A stretch of DNA of 25,737 nt from a virus. Location: positions 1-25,737 of IMG/VR virus record IMGVR_UViG_3300029893_000066; one strand, given 5' to 3'. Of this stretch, positions 17,055 through 24,445 are shown in pieces (the first letter of the stretch is position 1; the number at the start of each line of letters is the position of its first letter). The notes below the pieces were generated by a model, which was not told the origin of the DNA, made no database searches, and was given only the letters and a program-made list of their open reading frames with translations. The position numbers were made by a program, and so were the translations under genes.

Positions 17055-17597
17055 TTGAAAACTAGGGCGCAAGTAGTGACTGACCTGCTAGTGTCGGGCA
17101 TAGATAATCTTGACGAGCTGCATGCAAAAGCAGAAGCAGAGCTTGGGCAATCCTTATCCCGTAAAGTGCTAAGGGATTATAGGTCAAGATTCAAGCGTTT
17201 AGGTCCAAATTGGGCTTCGTTGGTCTCTGCGCAAAACGCAGAAACCCACCGAGTAGCAAGCACACGATGGAAAGCAGCCAACACCGCCCGTAAGTTACTA
17301 CACCAATGTCGGGCCTCTGCTAAGTATCGCAAGCATGAGTGCACAATAACTGAAGAGCTGCTTAATGGGCTCCTTCAAGGCATGACATGCTCAGCAACCG
17401 GTCTACCATTAAGCCTTAAATGGAAGGGGCCCAGTGGTACTAACCCCTGGGCCCCTTCAGTTGACCGTCTCGACAATTCACTTGGCTATGTGCCAAGCAA
17501 CGTGCGAATAGTATGCTGGGCCTTTAATAACATGCGCGGCGACTTTCCTGACGAAGTCGTAGAGACCCTCGTCAGGGCTTACGCTGCCAAGCTTTAA
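17055..17597 (+). CDS. HNH-like (His-Me finger) homing endonuclease, 180 aa
   Basis: CSATGLPL...NPWAPSVDRLDNSLGYVPSNVRIVCWAFNNMR. Lower GC than the flanks. Start reassigned to TTG 17055 because the longer ORF crosses the terminator and promoter. Confidence 0.82.
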   Translation: MKTRAQVVTDLLVSGIDNLDELHAKAEAELGQSLSRKVLRDYRSRFKRLGPNWASLVSAQNAETHRVASTRWKAANTARKLLHQCRASAKYRKHECTITEELLNGLLQGMTCSATGLPLSLKWKGPSGTNPWAPSVDRLDNSLGYVPSNVRIVCWAFNNMRGDFPDEVVETLVRAYAAKL

Positions 17598-18373
17598 CGC
17601 CGTTTTGCAAGTCCTGCCGCGATCTTCTCGGTCGGGGACAGGTTCTGGCGCTGCGGGTTCGGCTTGCCCTGCGTGGTGCCGGGCTTGACGCCCGAGCCGC
17701 TCGGGGCCTCGCTCTCGAAGGCGCGGCCGAAGGTCGGGCTTGCCTTCATCTCCTTGACCAGGTCCTCGACGGTCATGAAGCCGCCGGAGGCGTTGCCGCG
17801 CGGGTCGCCGCTCTCGTCGACCACGCGGACGACGTACTCCTCGCCCTCCTTGATGACCTTGGTCTTGGCCTGGATGTGCGGCAGCAGGAGCTCCGGCACG
17901 CCCTTGTGGCCGGCGATCGCCTGCACGGCGGCCGTGGTCACCAGGTACTTCTGGAGGGTCTTGCTCATGTTCTGGAGCTCGCCGTCCTTGCCCTGCAGCT
18001 GGGTCTGGAAGCCGCGCTCCAGGTCCTTCTTCATCTTGTCCCAGTTGACCTTGCCGTCCTTCGACTCGCCGATGACGCGCTCGACGGCCTGGCGGAGGGT
18101 CTCCGGCGAGGCGGCGTCGTCGCCCTCGAGGCCGAGCAGCTGGCCGACCGCGGCGAAGCCCGACAGGTCAGAGCGGTTGCGCTTGGCCTCGTCGGCGTCG
18201 CGGCGCGCGGCCTTGAGGGACTTGTTCAGGCCGTCGATCGCGCCGGCGGTGCCCTTGAAGCTGTCGTTCAACACGTAGCCGCCCTCGCCCTCGGCGTACA
18301 GGCCGCGGAACTGCTCGGGCACCTTCTCGATGCTGTCCACGGTGGGGTTCTTAAGGAACTCGAAGTCCATCAT
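17594..18373 (-). CDS. Capsid scaffolding protein (259 aa)
   Basis: AAGGAG RBS; VPEQFRGLY N-terminus, coiled-coil middle, Gly-rich linker and LSPTEKIAAGL C-terminal helix typical of scaffolds. Confidence 0.85.
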   Translation of the reverse strand: MMDFEFLKNPTVDSIEKVPEQFRGLYAEGEGGYVLNDSFKGTAGAIDGLNKSLKAARRDADEAKRNRSDLSGFAAVGQLLGLEGDDAASPETLRQAVERVIGESKDGKVNWDKMKKDLERGFQTQLQGKDGELQNMSKTLQKYLVTTAAVQAIAGHKGVPELLLPHIQAKTKVIKEGEEYVVRVVDESGDPRGNASGGFMTVEDLVKEMKASPTFGRAFESEAPSGSGVKPGTTQGKPNPQRQNLSPTEKIAAGLAKRR

Positions 18374-18478
18374 TCTCTCCTTCTGCGCGTCACGCGCGGT
18401 TGTCGGGCATCTCGCCCGGGTTGGTGTATCGCCGGCACCTTATCGCGGGCACCGGCTCATCGGGAACCAGCATCCAGC

Positions 18479-18766
18479 TCAGAGCGAGCCAGGTAGCTCA
18501 GCTCCAACGTACTTTCCGAGGGCGTCATACCACCCCTCCTTTGTCACAGGCCCTCCGGCCACGGCCTCGAGGTCGGCCAGCGCCACCTCGCCGCGGGCCG
18601 TCGACCCGTCCTTCCAGCGCGTCAGTGTGAAGACGCGGCCCAGCAGCACCTGGTACAGCAGCTCGGGCGCCGCGTCCGGGTCGTCAGGCACGCCGGGCGC
18701 AAAGGACGTCTTGTCCTCCCAGTCCGGACCGGGCTCAAAGCTCCGGTCCTCGTTCTCTCCAGCCAT
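18479..18766 (-). CDS. Small acidic protein (95 aa), candidate immunity/partner of the MuF-ART
   Basis: Starts 1 nt after the MuF-ART stop; GGAGG RBS lies within the ART 3' end. Function inferred from position only. Confidence 0.7.
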   Translation of the reverse strand: MAGENEDRSFEPGPDWEDKTSFAPGVPDDPDAAPELLYQVLLGRVFTLTRWKDGSTARGEVALADLEAVAGGPVTKEGWYDALGKYVGAELPGSL

Positions 18767-18767
18767 A

Positions 18768-21700
18768 TCAGACCTCCGTCACAGTTATCACGTACTTGCC
18801 CTTGTCCTGCACCACCTCGTCGACCCTGAAGCGCGTGCCGGGCATGAACAGCACCTCCCGCTCTCCGGGGTACTTGGAGAAGGTCGACACGTTCACGCCA
18901 GTCTTCCCGTTGATCTTCAAGTACACGTTGCCGCTGAAGGCGGCCTGCTCGCCGTAGGAGGACGACACGAAGGCCGAGTCCTCGACGATGGCCCCCTTGT
19001 GGTACGTGCTCAGCACCTTCTGCAGCCCAGCCTGCCCGAAGTTCATACCGCGCGCCGAGCGCCCAACGTACTTGGGCATCTTTGCCAGCCCGTGCTGCGC
19101 GGCGTCTACGTACGCCTGCAGGTGCGGGTCCGACGCATACCGGCCGGAGCGCAGGGCCTCGTTCAGCACGCGGTAAGCGCCGCCAGTATACGACCGGATC
19201 GCTGCCGCCTCCTCCGCCGTTAGCTCGGGCAGGCCCAGGCTGCGCTGCTGCTCGTTCATGGAGCTCAGCTTGCCGGCCTCCACCAAGCCAGCGTACTTAC
19301 GCAGCCCAGCAGCGCGCTGCTGGGAGTTGAACCGTGGCGGCGGAGGCAAGCCCTCGCGAGGAGTCGCGGCCGGGCGGACCGGCGTCATGTCAACAGAAGA
19401 CGGGGACGGTGAGGACGTCGCGGCCTTCGCCGCGAAGCCTGCGGGCTGCGGCGTCGTCCCGACCTTCGACAGCTCGTAGCCCGCGGCCTCCTTCAGCTTG
19501 ACCTTGGCGGAGGCGGCCGGCTCGTAGCCCGCCATCTGCTTGACCAGCTTGTTGGTCTTGACCGGGCCGTACCCCGCGACCTTGGCCTTCTTGTAGGCCT
19601 CCAGCGCTGCCTTGCCCTTGGCGTCCAGGCCCGCAATGAAGCCCTCGAGCTTGGGGTTGGCGGTATAGCCCTTGGGCGCGGCGAAGGCAGCGTCCAGGTA
19701 GGGCTTGCCGGCCGCCTTCGCTGACGCCACCTGGTACTTTGCCAGCTCCAGGAGGTCGGACGCGCCGGGCTCCTGGATCAAGCCGAAGACCGACTGCATG
19801 GCGTTGTAGGCGTCCTCAGTGGAGCCGCCCGCGGCGACGACAGACTTGACCTTCTCGAGGGCCTTGGTCGACACGGAGCCGAGCTTCTGCCCCAGGAGCT
19901 TCGGCGGCGCCACCGGGCCGGAGACCGCAGCCTTGACCGTCGACTTCTCCGCCAGGGTGCTTGCCTTGGCATACCCGTCGGGGTCGGCCTTCTTCCAGAG
20001 GCTCTTCCAGGTCGCGACGGTGCTCGGCTTGACCTGCCCGGCGTTAAGCGGGAACATCTTGTCCAGCGTCGTCGCCACGTCCGAGTTGCCCATCACTCCC
20101 TGCTTGAGCAGCTCCAGGCCCTTGGCCTTCAGCTCCGCCGCCGTCAGCTGCACGGCCGAGGGAACCGCGGCCACGGCCTTGGGCGCAGCAGCTGCTACCT
20201 CCGCGCTGGCCGGTACGGGCGCGACGTCAGGTATGACCTTCGGCTGCACCACTGGACCCGCCGCCTTGTTGGGCAGCAGGCCGTCCTTCTTCAGCTGGGA
20301 CTTGTAGCTCTGAATGGACGCCAGCTTGGTCTTGGCCTCAGGGAACTCAGCGAGCACGGACTTGAGCACCTGCTCGTCAGGCATACCCTGCTGCAGCAGC
20401 GCCTTGGCCAGGGAGCCCACCGTCGTGTGCTTGCCTGCGACCTCGAAGGGCAGCACCGGCCCGCCGGGGATAGGCACCTTGGCCGTGGCGGCAGGCATTG
20501 GGAACTTGTCCGCCATCGCCTTCTTGGCCGCCTCGATAGCAGGGCCGAAGGCCTTGTTGAACTCCAGGGCGCTCAGACCCTGGGACGTCAGCGCGCTCGG
20601 GCTCAGCGCCTGAGCGTAGACCTCGGCGACGAGCTCGTCTGCGCTGCTCAGGTAGTACGAGTAGAGCTTCCGGGCATCCGGAGGCAGGCCCTTCGCCGAG
20701 GCCTTCACGGCCGCCAGAACGTCGTCAGGCAGCAGCAGGTCGTGCTGCTTGTGCAGCAGGTGGCCGAGCTCGTGCGCGGCAGCCTGCTGGGCCTGCGCCG
20801 TCGAGACAGCTGCCAGCTTCTTGCCGCTGAGCATCACTCCCTTGCCGGCCTGGTAGTAGCCGTAGGCGCCCGGCACGCCGTCGAGGTCCTCCACCACGGT
20901 AGACCACTGGCCTCCGATCGCGTGCTTGACGTTAGCCGGCAGCGCCTGCTCCAGGTTCTCCACGACCGCCTTCGCGTTCTTGGCCTGGGCCAGCCCGCCA
21001 GTGGGCACCTTACCGGCCTCCGGCAGGCTCAGTGCACCCGCCTTGTTCAGCTCGGACTTGTAGGAGGCAATGGACGCGAGCGAGGTGCTGGCATCGGGGT
21101 ACTCCTGCTTGATCTGGTCCAGCACCTGCTGGTTGGAGAAGCCCTGCTGCAGCAGGGACTTGGCCTTCAGGCCGACGCCGGGCTGCACCACGTTGAGCTT
21201 GTCCCCCTCCAGCTCGGCCTTGAGCCGCTGCAGCGAGTAGGGCTTGCCCTTCTCGTCCACGAACTTGTCGAGCGGCATGCCGTCGCGGAACAGCTGGGCC
21301 TTGCCCTTGCCCAGGACGTCGTCCTGGAACTCCTTGGACTGCCCGCGCAGCCACTTCTCGTAGTTGGTGGAGGTCGGCGCCTGCCCGATGTTCTCGTCGG
21401 CCCACTTGTCGCGGCGTGCCTTGATGGCCGCGCGGCGCTCCGCCTCGCTCATGCCCTTCCACTTGTCGCCGGCCGCCTCGCGCGCCTTGGCACGGAAGTC
21501 GACCTCGCGCTGGGCCCTTGTGCGGGTGTCGGTGATCGTGGGCCGGTCGCCCACAATCTCCTCGCCGGCAAGTACAGGCGCCACGGTCGAGCGGCAGTTG
21601 GGGTGCGCCGGTGGGCGCGGCCCCTTGTCAATCGGGTAGACCTCGCCGTCGCGCGACTGGCACACCGGCGAGGTGCGCCCGTCCAGGGTGGCAACCCACC

Positions 21701-22352
21701 GGACGCCGCTGATGATGTCGGCATTGGCGTCCCAGGTCGCTTGCCGCGCGGCCGTCGAGACGTGGTTCGCCGACGTGCGGGCGATCATCTCTGCCTCGCG
21801 CCGGGTGATGTCGAGGACGCCGTCCTTGTACCCGTTGGCCTTGGTGCCGCGGATGCGCGCCACCAGCTGATCGTTGGTCTCGCCGGCCAGGATGCCGAGG
21901 CGCATCTGCTGCTCGATGCGGGAGACGTCGTTCACGGCCATCTTGCCAAGCCAGCCTTCGAGCGGCACGCCATTGATGGGGGAGCCGGCCACGGCCTTGA
22001 GCGTGGCAACCGGCACCGATGCGAAGGGCACTGCCACGGGCGTGGCGCCCTGCAGCATGGAGGTCTCCCATTCGGCCTCGGTGGCCGCCAGGCCCTCCAT
22101 GTCCTCCTCCAGCTCGGCCTTGATGCGCTCGGCCACGGCGGTGCGGAGCCGCCGCACGTCCGCCAGCATGGCACGGAGTCGTGCCTCGCCGGCCTCGGTC
22201 AGGTTGCCCGCCTGGATCATCGCCACCAGCTCCGCGTCGCTCTCCGCCAGGATCGAGGCCGCCTTGTTGGCCTCGCCCTGGGAGAACCTCAGGAGCTTGA
22301 TCTGGTGTCTGATCGTCGAGTCCAGTATCTCCTCGTTCGCGGTTTTAGCCAT
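18768..22352 (-). CDS. MuF/SPP1 gp7-family head morphogenesis protein fused to HTH-like repeats, a zincin metallopeptidase and a C-terminal ADP-ribosyltransferase (1194 aa)
   Basis: MuF: IART, WVATLDGRTSPVCQSRDG, PPAHPNCRS. Zincin: HELGH (aa 527) and ELVAE. ART: AIRSYTG..Y..LN.ALR, ARG, FVSSS, GEREVLFMPGTRFRV. Confidence 0.92.
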   Translation of the reverse strand: MAKTANEEILDSTIRHQIKLLRFSQGEANKAASILAESDAELVAMIQAGNLTEAGEARLRAMLADVRRLRTAVAERIKAELEEDMEGLAATEAEWETSMLQGATPVAVPFASVPVATLKAVAGSPINGVPLEGWLGKMAVNDVSRIEQQMRLGILAGETNDQLVARIRGTKANGYKDGVLDITRREAEMIARTSANHVSTAARQATWDANADIISGVRWVATLDGRTSPVCQSRDGEVYPIDKGPRPPAHPNCRSTVAPVLAGEEIVGDRPTITDTRTRAQREVDFRAKAREAAGDKWKGMSEAERRAAIKARRDKWADENIGQAPTSTNYEKWLRGQSKEFQDDVLGKGKAQLFRDGMPLDKFVDEKGKPYSLQRLKAELEGDKLNVVQPGVGLKAKSLLQQGFSNQQVLDQIKQEYPDASTSLASIASYKSELNKAGALSLPEAGKVPTGGLAQAKNAKAVVENLEQALPANVKHAIGGQWSTVVEDLDGVPGAYGYYQAGKGVMLSGKKLAAVSTAQAQQAAAHELGHLLHKQHDLLLPDDVLAAVKASAKGLPPDARKLYSYYLSSADELVAEVYAQALSPSALTSQGLSALEFNKAFGPAIEAAKKAMADKFPMPAATAKVPIPGGPVLPFEVAGKHTTVGSLAKALLQQGMPDEQVLKSVLAEFPEAKTKLASIQSYKSQLKKDGLLPNKAAGPVVQPKVIPDVAPVPASAEVAAAAPKAVAAVPSAVQLTAAELKAKGLELLKQGVMGNSDVATTLDKMFPLNAGQVKPSTVATWKSLWKKADPDGYAKASTLAEKSTVKAAVSGPVAPPKLLGQKLGSVSTKALEKVKSVVAAGGSTEDAYNAMQSVFGLIQEPGASDLLELAKYQVASAKAAGKPYLDAAFAAPKGYTANPKLEGFIAGLDAKGKAALEAYKKAKVAGYGPVKTNKLVKQMAGYEPAASAKVKLKEAAGYELSKVGTTPQPAGFAAKAATSSPSPSSVDMTPVRPAATPREGLPPPPRFNSQQRAAGLRKYAGLVEAGKLSSMNEQQRSLGLPELTAEEAAAIRSYTGGAYRVLNEALRSGRYASDPHLQAYVDAAQHGLAKMPKYVGRSARGMNFGQAGLQKVLSTYHKGAIVEDSAFVSSSYGEQAAFSGNVYLKINGKTGVNVSTFSKYPGEREVLFMPGTRFRVDEVVQDKGKYVITVTEV

Positions 22353-22836
22353 TCATCTTCTCCGCCAAGGCTAGCGCTAGGCGCAAGACCGTCTCACCGG
22401 CCCAATCACTCTTAGCCAAGTTATAGGCCCAGCAGACTAGCCGCACGTTATCCATAGTATACCCGCCGGCCGAGTCGATGCGGTCGACTGATGGGCCCCA
22501 TGGGTTAGTACGCCCTTCCCCGTCCCATTCGTAAGAAAGCGGGATATCGGTAACCGAGCATACCATTGGAGCCAGCAGCTCAGACAAGAAGTCTTCCGTA
22601 AGATCAAAAGGGCGGCCTGCTTTAATGGCCGAGTTGTACAATTTCTTGAACCAATACTTGGAGGCCTTGCCCTGACGATAGCGCGCAGTGGTAGCGGCGA
22701 CCCGTTCTTTATGGTACTCCCTGTTATTGGCGTGCCACCGCTGGCTGGCCTCTCGGGCCTTCTCACGGTTGGCCTCCCGCCACTTCCGATTCTTCTCCCG
22801 GAAGTAAGCGAGCTGCTCTTCAGTCATCTTCGCCAT
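22345..22836 (-). CDS. HNH-like (His-Me finger) homing endonuclease, 163 aa
   Basis: Basic helical N-terminus (KWREANREK) and CSVTDIPL...NPWGPSVDRIDSAGGYTMDNVRLVCWAYNLAK. Lower GC; sits between portal and MuF. Confidence 0.82.
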   Translation of the reverse strand: MAKMTEEQLAYFREKNRKWREANREKAREASQRWHANNREYHKERVAATTARYRQGKASKYWFKKLYNSAIKAGRPFDLTEDFLSELLAPMVCSVTDIPLSYEWDGEGRTNPWGPSVDRIDSAGGYTMDNVRLVCWAYNLAKSDWAGETVLRLALALAEKMNG

Positions 22837-22839
22837 GGG

Positions 22840-24369
22840 TTACTCCTGGGCCGGAGGCATGCCGGACGGAGGCATGCCGGACGGAGGGCCCTCCTCCTCT
22901 TCCTCGCCGGGCTGTGCAGCGCCGGGCTGGCCGCCCGTGCCGTTGCCGCCGTTGAACATGTCGCCCATGGTGTTGGCGGACTCCTCGGCGAGCAGCTCCG
23001 CGTCGGCCTCCTCGTCGAAGTCGTCGGACAGGACGGAGCGCTTCTGCATCTCATCCAGCAGGGTCTTGCGGGAGATGTCGCGCTGCGCCCTCATCTTGAG
23101 CAGGGCGTCCAGCTCCACCGCGTCCACCTCGCTGAGGTCGACGTCGGCGTTGATCCGGACCGAGCCTCCCTCGTCGAGGCCGAGCCAGTCGGCCGTGTAC
23201 TGCATGGCCAGCTCGACGCAGTCCTGGAAGTCGCGCACGGTGGACGCCAGGTAGGACGAGGACTCCGCGGAGTCGAGTGCCCGGCCGGTAGCCGTCTGGT
23301 CGCCAGGGCGCTTCCGCATGAACTCGGCGCCGTAGGTCGCCATCTGGTCCTCCAGGGAGGCCAGGTCCTCGGCACCAGACTTGATGGCCGCGCCGGTGTG
23401 CTCGACGTAGTACCACTTGCCGTCGGACGCTTCGGTCGTCAGGAAGTTGTTGGGGCCGATTGTCACCTTCTGGTCAGCGGGTACGCCGGAGGCCGCGAGC
23501 AGCGGGAAGCGGGAGACGGTCAGGACGTTGCGCTGGTCGCTCGAGGACTGCCAGTGGGCCACGTTGAGGTGAGCTAGGTCGGTGAGCGGAGGCTTGCACT
23601 CCATGAGGCCCGTGCGCTTGCCGGCGTAGAACGTGACGAGCGGCACGTACCCGAGGGCAGTCGTGCCCTCGTCCTCGACGTGCCACTCCTCGCCCTTCTC
23701 GTCTGGCGCCCAGAGCTCCCACCGGCCCGGCTCGAGGACGCGGACGCGGGTCACCTCGACCTCGTCCCAGCCCACGCGCTCGACGGTCGTCTCGCGGATG
23801 CGGACGTGGGTCAGGACCTCGCGGCCGTTCACCACCATGGAATAGGCGGCGATGAGGCACTCGGGCTTAACGTGCGCCCAGTACGGGCGGAGGCCCTCCT
23901 CGCGGTCGTCCGCCAGGGTGCGGACCACAGGCTCGCCGGTCTCGGGGTCGACTCGCTTCTCGGGGGTGGGGTGCTCGACGAGCACGTGGGACAGGCCCTT
24001 GCCCCAGCCCTCGCGGAACCAGGAGCGGCAGAAGGCGTGCAGGTTGTTGCCCTGCATGTCGACGTCCTCGGTGAGCTCCTCGATCTGGGAGGGGACGTCG
24101 TCGCCCAGGACAACCTGCTCGCGGAACGGCTTACCCGCGATGGTGTCCAGGGTCTGCTCGGTCATGTTGAGCAGCGTGGCCCGCGCCAGGCGGGCCTCGT
24201 AGTTCTTGTTGGTCTCGTTCTCGTACTGGGGCAGGAAGCCCCGGCCGGCGTCGCGCATGGCCTCGGTGCCGCCCAGGAGGACGTCGATCATGCGCCAGCG
24301 CGGGTACATCCGCTGGTAGGCAGACGACGGGGTTGCCACCGTCGGCTTCTTGTTGGGGTTGTCTGCCAT
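22840..24369 (-). CDS. Portal protein (DUF4055-type, 509 aa)
   Basis: LLGGTEAMR.AG..FLP..E....Y..RL.RA, DVDMQGNNL, PPLTDLAHLNVAHWQSSSD motifs and an acidic C-terminus; upstream of MuF. Confidence 0.93.
   Translation of the reverse strand: MADNPNKKPTVATPSSAYQRMYPRWRMIDVLLGGTEAMRDAGRGFLPQYENETNKNYEARLARATLLNMTEQTLDTIAGKPFREQVVLGDDVPSQIEELTEDVDMQGNNLHAFCRSWFREGWGKGLSHVLVEHPTPEKRVDPETGEPVVRTLADDREEGLRPYWAHVKPECLIAAYSMVVNGREVLTHVRIRETTVERVGWDEVEVTRVRVLEPGRWELWAPDEKGEEWHVEDEGTTALGYVPLVTFYAGKRTGLMECKPPLTDLAHLNVAHWQSSSDQRNVLTVSRFPLLAASGVPADQKVTIGPNNFLTTEASDGKWYYVEHTGAAIKSGAEDLASLEDQMATYGAEFMRKRPGDQTATGRALDSAESSSYLASTVRDFQDCVELAMQYTADWLGLDEGGSVRINADVDLSEVDAVELDALLKMRAQRDISRKTLLDEMQKRSVLSDDFDEEADAELLAEESANTMGDMFNGGNGTGGQPGAAQPGEEEEEGPPSGMPPSGMPPAQE
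22852..22887. repeat. 15-bp tandem repeat (2.4 copies) at the portal 3' end
   Basis: CGGAGGCATGCCGGA x2 plus CGGAGG, encoding PPSGM-PPSGM-PP. Confidence 0.85.
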
Positions 24370-24373
24370 GGCG

Positions 24374-24439
24374 GGCTCCTGTTTCGGTGGCGTACGTAGA
24401 TGACCGCGATGGTACCTCGTAAGCCGCCGAACAGGAGCC
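24374..24439 (-). promoter_or_regulatory. Long imperfect inverted repeat that sequesters the portal Shine-Dalgarno
   Basis: mRNA GGCUCCUGUU-CGGCGGC(U)UACG ... CGUA(C)GCCACCGAAACAGGAGCC-cgcc-AUG. The 3' arm contains AGGAG. Confidence 0.75.
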
Positions 24440-24445
24440 AGCGAT

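Noticed and set aside
15623..18418. RsmA/CsrA sites or lambda boxB as the identity of the leader hairpins
   Set aside because: Loops are GUGAC, GAGAU and GCGAU; they lack the GGA core and do not fit GNRNA.
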